Assembly: GCF_964355755.1 (NCBI RefSeq)
Contig: NC_092676.1
Span: 16,820,871-16,884,870 of the forward strand
DNA length: 64,000 nucleotides
Direction: 5' to 3'
From: Antedon mediterranea
Taxonomy: Eukaryota > Animalia > Echinodermata
Under the pieces are notes generated by a model. It searched no databases. It worked only from the letters and a program-made list of their open reading frames with translations, and was not told the DNA's origin. How positions within the stretch are numbered: position 1 is the first letter of the stretch; the number at the start of each line of letters is the position of its first letter. Positions 1-12,517 of the stretch are shown piece after piece. Both the position numbers and the translations under genes were made by a program.

Positions 1-453
1 GCTTTGGTCTGCAGATCTTACTGCTGCTAATTCTGGACTTGTTAAACGTTTTTGATCGGATCTTCCAATAAGAAGATTACAGCATGAATTATGCAGAGCT
101 AGATTATCACTATCTTTTAGTAACAACATTGAATGAGCTTTTCGTCTTCTCTCCTTCAGTAATGCTTCAGAATTTATGTCTTGGTTACTTTTACATTTTT
201 TCATGTGTAAAGATGTTGAGCCAGTATCAACTGATAACCAATCAAAATCTTCGTTAGTTCCAGTCCCATCAACGTTGGCAATATGTTTTCGACGAATTCG
301 CGGTGAACAGTAAACGTCGATTCCTTCATGTGGAAGTCCCGTTGTATCATCTTTGGATAAAACGTGTATACAAGATTCATTTGTTAGATCTTTACTTTGA
401 TCACATTCCGGCTCAGAAATTCCAGGAACTATTCGTTTTCCAACAGTTTCCAT
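1..453 (-). CDS. First coding exon of an unidentified gene, running off the left edge (METVGKRIVPGISEPECDQSKDL...AAVRSADQS)
   Basis: Acceptor tttacag ends at 478. ATG at 453 opens 151 stop-free codons to position 1 in AT-rich DNA. It is missing from the ORF track because there is no stop in the window. No domain recognised. Confidence 0.7.
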   Translation of the reverse strand, partial: METVGKRIVPGISEPECDQSKDLTNESCIHVLSKDDTTGLPHEGIDVYCSPRIRRKHIANVDGTGTNEDFDWLSVDTGSTSLHMKKCKSNQDINSEALLKERRRKAHSMLLLKDSDNLALHNSCCNLLIGRSDQKRLTSPELAAVRSADQS

Positions 454-3400
454 TATTTATATCAATTTATGCTAGATCTGTAAAAAAATTAACAATGATT
501 ACTAGACTAATAATAATATTGATGAAAGGAAATTTTACAAAATATAAAAAAGTAAGTCTCAATGTATGTCTATGTTAAATCAAACACAATTAACTCTGTA
601 GTAAAACATAAACAATAAATGCCAGACATTTATAATCCACATATTTAACCAATACATACAATTATGTATAAACAATGAAAAAATGAAAAATATTTCACTC
701 TGGGTATAACAAACGTCAAAGATTCAGACAAAAAATAAGACTGCGGATTTATCCAGAAAATGTCACGAAAATACAAGTCAAAATTGTATTTAAATATTTT
801 ATTTCCTTTACGTTAGTTCGTCCGACTATTTTCTGAAAGTTTTTAACAAATTCACATTGTTATTCTACTATATTGTTTCACAGCTACAGCTATACATACT
901 ATGCACTGATCGTTCCCATTCTGATTCAAAGAAAATACGTAAGAGTAACGTATGTAATTTGACCAATCACAAGCGATAGATTATCCGAACTGTCGCTTGC
1001 TACGATATATTTCGCTTGCATTGGTTCCTATTATGAACCAGACTTTACACGTTTTTTTTATGTTTATTTTACACTGCTGCGCAGTTTAAAATCAAATATT
1101 TCCAAGTATAGTAATACTGTATATGTTTTTTTCCACGATAGCATCACACATTTATCATCCTGAAATTGGGCGTTAATAGATATGATATATGGAATGAATT
1201 CTTAGACATTAAAATGATAAATATTCAGATATAATGGCACTCTGCACGTTGTCGTAGATCTGTCATTAATTTGCATAACAGAAAATCAGCGAAACTGATT
1301 ACACTGCAGCTGCAATCATATCAAATTTTGGTGAAGAAGCACTATATATTATTATGATTTATATTGTTTGGGTTGGGATGAATTTCATGTATCGAATCAC
1401 TTGCGATTCTTTGTTGGTACTGTAGTAGAATTAGTCTCGTCAAGCAAGGATTACTTCAACATTCGAAATGATATACTTATGATTATTTCCGATTATGAAC
1501 TATGACCCATGTGGGCGTGCACTTTAACCCCGTTCATCTTTCGGAAGGCTGGTTCACCCCCAGCCCATTAGTTTCAAGTTTTAAGTTTATTGTTTTACAT
1601 AATATAATAAATAATAATAAAAAAGAATATACAGAATATTTAAAAATGTATTGATAAATATAATTGTGTGAGGAGGAGGACACATTAAGCCAAGGCATTT
1701 TGTGGCAGCTATACGACATGAAGGGATCCTTTTGGTGAGATGAAATGTTATTGACCATAATATTGTGCACCATTAGGTTAAGGGCCAATATAATTGTCAT
1801 GGCAACATTGTCTAAACTTTTTGGGACATTGTCCATGTTAGTAACCCAAGCCATCTCACAATCAATTAAAGATATTTGTCCCCTTAAAACAATTAATTGA
1901 AAGTGAATAACTTTATCTACAAAACTAAAAAATTTCCTATTCAAAGTTTGATTTAATTCATCTTCATCATCTTCATGCTTTGTGAGACAAACATCTTAAA
2001 CAAACTTTTTCCAAAATACGTTTTTTACTTGCTTTGATCTTTAGAAAAGCGCAATAATATAAATGTCAATAAGTAATATGGTGTGGTCAAGGATGTTGGT
2101 TAGTGGTCTTGATTCCGATAGAAATTCTTCTTCTTCTTTTTAAAATCTTAAATACATTATTTATTGATAAAATAGGCGTATCATGTTTGAAAAATGAGGC
2201 CTTTAAGGCTATAGGACGGTGGTCTATAATTATAAGCTGATGATTTAAAATTCTCTGATAAAAAGAACCTGCACATGAAAACGATAATTGTAAAGGAAGA
2301 CGACACAATGAAATTCGATAATTATTTAATTTGTTGACTAGGCTAAATTCGAACTTTATATTTATTGTAATTTGAAGATACGTAATACAATAGTCTGGCC
2401 TGCATTATGTTTACCCTAGACCTAATGTATAAATGGTACTGATGCTATGGGGTCCACGTGTGTGTAGATTTTGTAGACAAAGATTATTAAAATAATATAG
2501 TAATTTACACATTAATAAACACATATTCTAAATTATATTAATAATTTAATAATATATTATGTTGTATTTACACATATTTTTATTTCATGAGAAAGTTGGT
2601 ATAAGTTAAGCGTAAATCCATTAGTACATTTTGAAAATGATTATTATCTAAGTTTTGTAGAATGGAACGAGCTTTTGTTACTTTACTTAAGTCAACTCAT
2701 GTTTAGTTTGTGGATTAACTGTTGTTAATAATGTTTTCTATGGATTTGAAGAAAAATGGAATGTTTATGCCTATACTTAAGAAATATCGTGACAACATAC
2801 AATACTCCTTTTAAATATTTTCCCTATGTTTAATCCAAAAGCAACAGAGTCACCGTAAAATGAAAGTCTGGGGCCCCAGAAGAACTTAATTACATAAAAT
2901 AAAAATTCAATAGGCCGATACAGTTAAAAATACATTTAAAAATATAAAAACAAGAAAAATATGAAAAAGAAAGGATAGACTTTTCTTTAATATCACGTGA
3001 TATTGTTTTAAGTTCTTTTCTGTAAAAATCTAGATGATATAAAACGTCTTACCTAAATGCAAAATGATCCCATTATAATATTGTGACATTTGTTGAGTTG
3101 ACATAACGAAGCTAATGTTTCCATTTACATTTCATTCGTGGTAATGTATTACACATTTTGATCTCGAATTCCATTACGTGATGTTTGGATATTTCTACCC
3201 AACAACAACCACTAGTTAGCCGGTTACAAAACCAACAAACAATCATCAGCCACTTTTGAGATTTGATTTATAATTTGTTTAGGCCTATTATTTACAAGCA
3301 GAATTATATGTGAAGCATTTTGAAAATGATTACTATTAAGTTAAAAACCACTAAGCTTTTCAATTGAAATTAATTGAAATGAAAATTATCTGGGGTTTTT

Positions 3401-6400
3401 TTTTTTTTGTTTTTTTAGGCAAACAATGCGATACGGATAGATTAAGATAAATGCAATATGAAACGGCGTCACATTCACTGTGATGCATTAAGCACATATA
3501 ACTTACAGAATTTACCTAGATACATTCTGAAAAAAAATTGAAGAAATAGTAAAGTAAATAATGGTTAAATAATATATTTCTCACCACCCTCTCCTTTCAA
3601 ATACGTTATTATTGTATTTTGTAAATATTATAGCCTACACTGATTTTGATCTTCACCGACAGATTTTGAAGTTAATGATAATATGATAATATTCATCAGA
3701 TTGCTCTTCACTTTACTCAAAGGTTGATAGTATCTGTTTACAAGTTTTAATTATAAATGCGAACGTCTTAAAGAAGGCAGTCACCGCTTTATGGCATATA
3801 CAGTATGATCTATAACGGTTACAATGTATCGATTCGAAATAGCAGTATTTTGTTAATGTAATCAGTCAGTTTACAGCAGATAATCCAAGTCCCTTAATCA
3901 TTCGACTTTTCGTTCGACACTATATAACAAATGAACGCCTGAAGAATATATTTAGCATAAATGTATACTTAATTCCCAAAACTATGCAATTACGTTGGTT
4001 GATATTCTAATGACTATTACCAGTTTGTTGTGGACATTTTCTTAGACATTTTGAATTGATTAGTCTAAGTGAAGAGCGTATGTTTTCACGTTTACTAGTT
4101 TCATTCTTAATATTATTACCATAACTGTGTTATTTTTTTTTAATTTATGAACATAATTATGTGTTCTTAGGCCCACGTTACTCACATTTTAATGGACTTT
4201 TAGCACGAAAAAAATTAAAAAGTTAATTACATTATATGTATGTATACAATACATGTATAACGCTAGCTACTGTTTATATATGTTTCGTGCTCAATAAATG
4301 TAAATGTGTTCCAAGAATTGTACGACTATTACTGTGTATAACAAGTCCCATTAACAAACATCTACGACATGATGAAAATTAGAATATGTATGGAATTACA
4401 CGAGCGGTATCACGAAACATCCTGCAGTATCGCGTCTTTTGACAACAATCTTCGTCATATATGATATGATGTATACTGTAGTATAGTGAGATATTATTAA
4501 GAGGGTTTTGTTAAGTTTGATATTTATGAGTTATGGTATGGGCCTGTTGTCGTCACCAGACGCGTTACTGCAGGAGTCTAACACGTCGCAATCGACTGAT
4601 ACCGTACAAGAATTGGCTGTGATTCACGACTGATTTAAAGTTATTGGGGACTTTATTTTGGACCAGTCCCCTTCACAGTTTTATAACGAGTTTCTTTTTT
4701 AAATGGTCACACATTACGTGCCGTAATGCAGCGATGCTTTGTCATTACAATCTATACAGACACCAATGCATCAATGCATTCAACCGCAGGTCTTAAAACT
4801 AGCGTGCACTAAATATAGCAAACATACAGACCAATAAATCAATACAATGTCTATTATTTGGAGTATACAGACACATTGCAGTAAATAGTTGCCATGATCA
4901 AATTGTAATCAATATTGTAAACTTTACCTCATATTCTATATCTTGGTAAGCGGTCTAGGAAATCAATATGAGATACAATTTGATATTGTTACACTTATAT
5001 TTCACTATGCATTTCATTATCTCTTCCTATTTAAAGAATACATTATTGATCATTGTCTATTATCATGCACAGATGTTGAAAAATAGTGCTATATTGGTTA
5101 CAATCAATTCAAGTTGTTTTAGAGTAAGCTGCTTGATCTCACATACTATACTCCACAAATAAGTAATAGTAAATATCTCGTATTTTATAAAAAAATTTTA
5201 TTGTCCCCCAAAAACATGAACATGAAGATTTTGAATAGGCCTTAGCAGTTTTAATAAAGTAATTTATTTCCGTAGAAAAAAACCAACAAACATAATGATT
5301 TAAAATTCCCCAAAACAAAACAAATGGTTAATTTAACCAACTACTATTTGAATGAAGCCTCGTTAGAATGGCAATGACTATAACTGAGCCGCTTCAAATG
5401 GCATTCAAAAATGCAAAAAAAAAAAAAATGTTCAGGGCTGGGGGACCATAATATTATAATGAAACATAAATACATGGCAATCATAACACGATCGGAAGTG
5501 TAGCCTAGCACTTCTTCAGATGCCTGATCCTTATTTTAATAAACATGGTAGAGAATTTTTAGTTTTAAATTACTATTTTTATTAGGCTTTATATGACTGA
5601 AAATCAATAATCTGATTTTCTTACCAAAGTTACATGCATATACAATACGTCACTAGAATCTTGATTTATTAACAGTCTTTTATAATGTATATTGTAATCT
5701 AAACACGAATACGGAACGTAGGGATCAGAATGACAATTAATATAAATGGATATTAGAAAATTATTTGAAACGAAGAAAAAGAATACAAATTGTAATGTTC
5801 AGGGAAATAAAAGAGACGAGGATTCGTCTTTTATGAGACGGAATCACCTTCATATGTCATAAAGTATAAATTATATTTTCGTATACTGGAATATATCTAT
5901 TCTATTTACAGGAATAGATCAAATCAGGCTATAAAGTGACTTGACGAAAAATATATTATGTAAGCTAAGTTCTTTAAGCATTTAGGGATTTCCTCACACA
6001 CATATTGACTTTTGCTCGAAACCCTAGCTTTTATACAGTGTGTGCATTTTTTTCGTTAGCCTGTTTTAAAATCGGTTTAGGTTTCGTTTTTATTATTTAT
6101 AAATTTATCACTGAATATGCTTGTTTCCGGGACCCACCGAGCTTAGTTTCATAAAGGAAGTTATTAAAATTAAAACCTTTCTTTATCAAACAATACTTCT
6201 AAAAGCAACATCCAACAAGAGCATACCTAATGCCAATGGCTTACAAGTTGTGCGGTTCATTCTGAGGCTTAAAACATTCTTCATAACCATTCCATAACAT
6301 TTTAAAATAATATATTATTTTTTCTTCAGAATTAGCCAATTCTACCAATCAAATCAAACCAGCATTTGGTCACTGGAATCTACAGGTTTGTCATTGTAAT

Positions 6401-6616
6401 CTGCAAGGCATGTATCATGTATTCTCATTGTATCAGCCCGTGTTTAATATATGAATGAATAGCTTTAATGTATAAATTTAAAACCGTGTTTAAGGGAAGT
6501 TCATAGCATAAATTATACGTTAGGCTTTTCTATTACAATAATTAGATGCAAATTTAATACAGTGGGGTTCTTCTTGACGTTTGATAGTAATAACAAATAA
6601 TAATATAAAGACATTA

Positions 6617-6797
6617 GGCTTGGTTCCCACTAGAACGTAACGCAAGGACGTAAACGCAACGCAAGCGTTTTAACCAATGACAAGGGAAGTTATATATACA
6701 GTTAGCAATCACAAGCGAATAAGCCATCGCTTGTGATTGGTCAATTCACTTGCGTTGCGTTACGTCCTTGTGTCGCGTCGCTAGTGGGAACCACGCT
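6617..6797. mobile_element. Palindromic MITE, PIF/Harbinger-like, copy 1
   Basis: TIR GGCTTGGTTCCCACTAG / CTAGTGGGAACCACGCT, flanked by TTA on both sides (3-bp TWA TSD). Confidence 0.75.
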
Positions 6798-6926
6798 TTA
6801 AAGTTTTCGAGGGAGGATAAGTATACCATTGTAAAAATAGGTAATTTAAGTATGTAAATGTTGGTACATGTAGTTCTAATACGTAGAATAATTATAGGGA
6901 AACCCCCGTTATTGTTGTGATTGTTA

Positions 6927-7105
6927 AGCTTGGTTCCCACTAGAACGTAACGCAAGGACGTAAACGCAACGCAAGCGTTTTAACCAATGACCAGCGAAGT
7001 TATAGACAGACAGCAATCACAAGCGAATAAGCCATCGCTTGTGATTGGTCAATTCACTTGAGTTGCGTTACGTCCTTGCGTTGCGTCGCTAGTGGGAACC
7101 ACGCT
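6927..7105. mobile_element. Palindromic MITE, PIF/Harbinger-like, copy 2
   Basis: Near-identical to 6617-6797 and flanked by TTA/TAA. A related degenerate fragment follows from about 7108. Confidence 0.75.
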
Positions 7106-8509
7106 TAAACCTTGGTTTTCCGATAGGACGTAACGCAAGTACGTAGACGCAACATATCGACGCAGTGCATTGTAGGAACCGACAACGTAAGCATGGTATC
7201 GTAGACGTGTTCAAACCCGTTTTCTGCCTTGCGTACGTCACAACAGTATATGATATGTGAAATTGATCCCTCTTGGTTAAATAAAAAGACAGACTTCATT
7301 GCTTGTATCTTTAGGCAAAATACTTTACTTACGTTTGCTTCTGTTCATCCAGATGTATAAATGGAAACCCAGTTAGATCAAGACACAACTTTGCGCTGAT
7401 TATTACTAGCTGCATTATGAAAGTGTGTGTCCATACGTGTTTGATCCAAAAATATGACTGTGATAATAATGTTCAGTGCTTAGAGGTTTCACATTAGGCG
7501 CTATATAAATCCAGGATATTATTATTAGTGTACCTCTTTAGGACCAACAAATCGGTGTGACGATAATTTGCCTTTTATTGTTATTGTTCATGGAAAATCC
7601 TAATAGGATGTCCAATGAATAAGAGTGTCCAAAAGGAAGGACACTAGTACTGTTTATTGTATTCATCAAGAGTATCGTAAATGGCGTTAATTTTGTAGAT
7701 TTTGTCAATTGAACATTACAGTATCACGACTATCACAATTCTTTATCTTTAGGCCTACCGTTAGAAATCACAAGGTGGTTTTTAGTACAGTAAGTGTCTC
7801 TATGCCGTCAGCAGGTAGAATATAAACTACATAATTATTTCATTTTCGAATAATACGTGATTGTCTTTATCATTTTAGAAATAAAATAGTGTAGTAATTC
7901 AAAAATTAAAAAAAATCATTTTGTACACGAAACTATTCCAGAATTAATAAATATTTTATGTCATCCTTTGTTTAAAGGTTAACAGTAATGATGCAGGCAA
8001 AATGTTATTCATTTATCACGTGTCAAGGAAATCATTTTCACGGATGATATTGGATTTAAGTGGCCAATTAAACTACACGTGGGTTGTATAGCTTGAAAAT
8101 TATGAATAGAGGTATTTAAGTATGTATGTATTTAAAATATGTTATAAAAATAGAAGAATAATTGTTGATTGAAAACGACAAATAAAATAATTGGTCAGCA
8201 AATGTTATAATCAAATTACGATTTATTTACAATAATCTGAACATTTTGACTAGAGATCACTAATTTGAGACAACGTGTTACGGCGAAACAAACCAGTATT
8301 AAGGGACTTGGTATATGGTTTAAAAACACCAATTCAGTGGAAACTTTCAATCCATGTTAAAAAAGAATCATCCTCAATTTCATTGTCAACAACTTTGTAT
8401 CACCAAAGCAATCTAACGATAGGATTAAGATCAAATGTGTTATGTTTGTTTGCGACATGATCAGTTCCACCCTAAACAGAAACCGGAGAAAAATGATATT
8501 TGATACTAA

Positions 8510-8654
8510 AGCTCTGTCTACACTTTTAAACTTTATGTTACAAACAAAATGTGATGTGCTGATATATGGACATGATAATGTCATATCACTACCATGTTTT
8601 TGGCATTATTATCATTACCATATTTTGGCACATTACATACTCTGTAGACAGAGT
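8510..8654. mobile_element. Short MITE (TIR CTCTGTCTACA), second family
   Basis: agctctgtctacac ... tgtagacagagt. A homologous copy lies at 21168-21300. Confidence 0.6.
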
Positions 8655-8908
8655 TTTATCGTACAGTAACTAGTATGCATTTGCCGCAGCCAATCCCAAG
8701 ATCAAAAGACTGTTACAAGTTCCTATTATTGGCAAGGCGAGCTCAGCATCCTGTTAGATTGCCTTGGTATCGCCAACGCACTCCCTGGCCAACGGGACTA
8801 ATTTATCATCATTCAGAAGTGGGGTACGTAAAATTTATGATTTGGAACCATATATAACAAGGCCAACAGCTATTAAGTCGCGTGCTACAATGCATAGTGA
8901 TACCGGAC

Positions 8909-9367
8909 TGTCACGAACTCCTCTCACGTATGTTTCCGAGCGGTTGAAAATACTTTAGGAACTCCCTTGTGACATAAAAGTATACACACAAAATCCACAA
9001 AGTTGTAAAATAACTCAAAACAAAGCTTTAATTTCAATCAACTTCAACTTTTAACAATCCAGTAAGCACTTTAAACAACAGCTTCACAATAACTTTACAA
9101 TATAACATCCAACCTCTAATCCAACCTCTAATCCAACAACCTTACAATAGTTTACAACCCTTTATATACAAGATGCTCCTATCCTTCTAGATCATTCTTT
9201 ATACTTCTCATTATTACATGATTACAGTTTCTATTAATAGCACTTCTGGAATGTTCTTGATTGTTCTTATTAATTATACATGGTTTATTAAATCAAAACA
9301 TCTTATTCTAGAATGTTCATGTAAATACTATGTTACTCTATATGTTAGGGAATGGTAATTTATTACA
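8909..9367 (-). repeat. 3' LTR
   Basis: Direct repeat of 12059-12517 with TG...CA ends, adjacent to the PPT. Confidence 0.95.
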
Positions 9368-9380
9368 CTCCCCCCTCTTT
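9368..9380 (-). promoter_or_regulatory. Polypurine tract (AAAGAGGGGGGAG)
   Basis: Purine run on the minus strand immediately upstream of the 3' LTR. Confidence 0.9.
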
Positions 9381-9440
9381 CTGAGCTCAAAACTCTTTCT
9401 TGGAGTTTTGAGGGGCAAGTATACACGGACGTGGCAAAAT

Positions 9441-11699
9441 TTAACCCACTCCTAGTCTATAAAACTTAATTACACCATAATAACATACAACATAATTATT
9501 AATGAAAACTAATAATGAACCAACAATATTCATGTCAATTTGTCGGAATGGTTCACTAATTATTGGCATAGGAATCATCTGGGCCTTCAATTTAGTTTTA
9601 TACTTTGAAGTTTTCTGACAATTTTCACAAGTGTTACAATATTCGGTCACATCCTTTCTAATACCAGGCCAAAAGAATCTCTGCTTTATCCTATCTAATG
9701 TCTTTTTCCTACCTAAATGACCTGCCAAAGGAATATCATGTGAGACTTTCAATACACTATTACGGCAAGGGTATGGAACTACTAATTGCTCTATTGGTTC
9801 TGTTTGGTGTTTAGTGAAAACCTGCCTAAATAAAATTCCATCCTTACAGACTATCTTTATAGTGTCATCATCCTTCTGTACTAACATCTGTTCTCGAAGT
9901 GAAATTAAAGTTCTATCCTTAACCTGATAATCCTTAATTTTATCTCTGCCAATATCTAAAATGTCTAATTCATTATCTTGGCTAGATTGAGCTTCCTTTG
10001 TTTTTGCAAACTCTTTCCTAACTTTTCGTTTCTCACTTCTGGTTTTATGAACTTTTTCCTTGGGAGGGTTGTTACTGAGTAGTTGGCCATCTAAATGTCC
10101 AAATTCTTCTTGAAAATTAACCACATCATCTAACTGATGTGAAATAACCCCAGAAGCTTTTTCCGACTTTAATTCGTTTTCCTCTCTTAGTTTTTCTTTT
10201 CTAGCATGATCTCTAGTGGCAACAAAACTATGCCTATCATGATTCTTATCCCTCTTCCCTAATAAGTCTCCAAATTTAGGAAAGTCCCTACCAAGAATTA
10301 CATCTCTTGGTAAATCGCTGCAAACGCCAACCAACAAATTATGGTCTTCGTTATTAATCTTAATATTGACGAATGCAGTAGGATAGGCTTGGACATGGTC
10401 ATGGACGCACCTGCATGTAATTTTAGCTTGCTCCGCGCGATTAATTTTCTTAGCCGCTACTAAATCAGAATGAACAAGTGTCATATCACATCCAGAGTCT
10501 ATCAAAATTTCACAATCACATCCTTCAACTAGGCCTCTACAAATGTAAGGTGTACATGGTTTTGAAACAGTATCTGTCTTTGTCGACAAAAAGCCATCCT
10601 TACTTCGACAAAATCGTTCTATGTGGCCTACTTTTTTGCACCGTCTACAAACGAGAGGTTGTCTAGCGTCAGATTGTGATTTATGAAAGTTATCAGGGGG
10701 ATTATTATTACCCTTACTGTCAACTTCAGGAGTGCCTTTCACTGTTTTCTCCTGGTTGTTTCTATTTTCGTGTTTTCTATTTTGAAACTTTTTCTCAAAA
10801 TCGATACCTTTTCTAGCTTGAAAATAATTATCTGCTAATTCTGCAGCATTTAATCCAGAATCTGGTTTATGTTCTTTAACCCAAATTTGTACCCCTGTGG
10901 GCATAATATCTATCAATTGCTCTAAAATAACAATTTCAGCTAAATCATCTTTGCTTTTATCAGCAGGCCTAGCCCACTTAGTAAATAAGTCTTTCAACCT
11001 AACATACATTTCTCTATAACTTTCTTCACTTTTCTTTTTAATTGACCTAAACCTTTGTCTATATGTCTCTTCAGTTATGTCATACCTTTGTAATATTGCT
11101 TTCTTCACTATGTCGTACTGGTTACTTTCTGTCACTGGTAGTGATGCATAGGCTGCTCTTGCTTTGCCTGTCAAATGTGGTATCAGTTTTACTACCCAGT
11201 GTTCTTTTCGCCACTCATAGGTGTTAGCAATTCGTTCAAACGTAGTGAGATAATTTTCAATATCATCACTATCAGAAAGTTTTGCAATCTGAACTTCCTT
11301 CAATCTCATTATATCTTTTAATCGTTTCTCCTCACTGTCCTTTTGCTTATCCATTAACGCCATTACCAATGCTTGCTGTTTCTCTATATCGTCCCTACGT
11401 AAACGTTCTTGTTTTTCCATATCTTCTTTGCGTTGTTCCATCATCTGCTGCATCATAAGATTCTGTTGTTGCATTTGTTGCTGCATCATTAGATTCTGCT
11501 GTTGTATTTGTTGCTGCATCAACAACAAAACATCTTTTGAAGATGAGTCAGCCCCTGTAGGGTTATGTCCACTGGTTGGTACAGACTCTTCTGCCTGTTG
11601 TTCAGGTTGTAATGACTGAACCGATTCTACCTCAGAATCAGATTCATCGCCGCCGCTGTATTCTCTACCGGATCTTGTTGTTGATTGTTTATCAGCCAT
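9441..11699 (-). CDS. Gag (capsid with SCAN-like C-terminal domain, CCHC knuckle) - aspartic protease - integrase HHCC domain, truncated; no RT or RNase H
   Basis: 752-aa ORF containing DDIENYLTTFERIA...TGKA capsid, ETYRQRFR...LEQL...WVKEHKP SCAN-like region, CRRCKKVGHIERFC, ILIDSGC protease and SHDIPLAGHLG...FFWPG...CNTCENCQ integrase zinc domain. Homology ends at PFRQIDMNIVGSL. IN directly after PR is the Gmr1 domain order. Confidence 0.92.
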   Translation of the reverse strand: MADKQSTTRSGREYSGGDESDSEVESVQSLQPEQQAEESVPTSGHNPTGADSSSKDVLLLMQQQIQQQNLMMQQQMQQQNLMMQQMMEQRKEDMEKQERLRRDDIEKQQALVMALMDKQKDSEEKRLKDIMRLKEVQIAKLSDSDDIENYLTTFERIANTYEWRKEHWVVKLIPHLTGKARAAYASLPVTESNQYDIVKKAILQRYDITEETYRQRFRSIKKKSEESYREMYVRLKDLFTKWARPADKSKDDLAEIVILEQLIDIMPTGVQIWVKEHKPDSGLNAAELADNYFQARKGIDFEKKFQNRKHENRNNQEKTVKGTPEVDSKGNNNPPDNFHKSQSDARQPLVCRRCKKVGHIERFCRSKDGFLSTKTDTVSKPCTPYICRGLVEGCDCEILIDSGCDMTLVHSDLVAAKKINRAEQAKITCRCVHDHVQAYPTAFVNIKINNEDHNLLVGVCSDLPRDVILGRDFPKFGDLLGKRDKNHDRHSFVATRDHARKEKLREENELKSEKASGVISHQLDDVVNFQEEFGHLDGQLLSNNPPKEKVHKTRSEKRKVRKEFAKTKEAQSSQDNELDILDIGRDKIKDYQVKDRTLISLREQMLVQKDDDTIKIVCKDGILFRQVFTKHQTEPIEQLVVPYPCRNSVLKVSHDIPLAGHLGRKKTLDRIKQRFFWPGIRKDVTEYCNTCENCQKTSKYKTKLKAQMIPMPIISEPFRQIDMNIVGSLLVFINNYVVCYYGVIKFYRLGVG

Positions 11700-12039
11700 A
11701 TTTTAAATCTGGATGAGGGTCTTGTTACTAGTTAATCGTAGTTACCGAGACGTTCACAAGTCTACTGTTCCAAATAAATAATGTACTGTTCTTAAAACAA
11801 TGTTTGTGTACTTACGATTAAACAAAACGTAGCACTACGGCTTCCGTAAAATATCACCGTATCGTAAGTACCGCTTCCTCAAAATATCAATAGAAGTACA
11901 GTTGATCCTAAAACAGCCACCAATCTATGGCAAAATACAGTAGATCAAACTGCTACCACAAAATATCACAACCGTAGATAAATACACAGTTAAGTCGAAC
12001 AGTAGATCGAAATAACCGCTGCCACCAAATTAGGCTGAA

Positions 12040-12053
12040 CACCGCTGCCACCA
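12040..12053 (-). promoter_or_regulatory. Primer binding site complementary to the 3' end of tRNA-Leu (TGGTGGCAGCGGTG)
   Basis: Lies 5 nt inside the 5' LTR and complements the ...CACCGCTGCCA-CCA end of metazoan tRNA-Leu(AAG/TAG). A second copy is at 12015-12027. Confidence 0.85.
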
Positions 12054-12058
12054 AATTA

Positions 12059-12517
12059 TGTCACGAACTCCTCTCACGTATGTTTCCGAGCGGTTGAAAA
12101 TACTTTAGGAACTCCCTTGTGACATAAAAGTATACACACAAAATCCACAAAGTTGTAAAATAACTCAAAACAAAGCTTTAATTTCAATCAACTTCAACTT
12201 TTAACAATCCAGTAAGCACTTTAAACAACAGCTTCACAATAACTTTACAATATAACATCCAACCTCTAATCCAACCTCTAATCCAACAACCTTACAATAG
12301 TTTACAACCCTTTATATACAAGATGCTCCTATCCTTCTAGATCATTCTTTATACTTCTCATTATTACATGATTACAGTTTCTATTAATAGCACTTCTGGA
12401 ATGTTCTTGATTGTTCTTATTAATTATACATGGTTTATTAAATCAAAACATCTTATTCTAGAATGTTCATGTAAATACTATGTTACTCTATATGTTAGGG
12501 AATGGTAATTTATTACA
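12059..12517 (-). repeat. 5' LTR
   Basis: Direct repeat of 8909-9367, adjacent to the PBS. Confidence 0.95.

Larger units (their letters stand above)
8909..12517 (-). mobile_element. Gmr1-like Gypsy LTR retrotransposon, internally deleted (non-autonomous), recent insertion
   Basis: Two 459-bp TG...CA LTRs (8909-9367 and 12059-12517) with no difference seen. 5-bp TSD CGGAC at 8904-8908 and 12518-12522. PBS and PPT present. Gag-PR-partial IN ORF. Confidence 0.95.

Noticed and set aside
303-578. 91-aa plus-strand ORF
   Set aside because: Antisense to the longer minus-strand exon, with a GTG start and no recognisable features.
1534-2040. 136-aa ORF or possible decayed LINE fragment
   Set aside because: The composition hints at old coding sequence, but I could not identify any RT or endonuclease motif. 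A translated search would be needed.
11428-11619. Cys-rich 63-aa ORF resembling a metallothionein or toxin
   Set aside because: It is the antisense reading of the Gln/Met-rich stretch of Gag.
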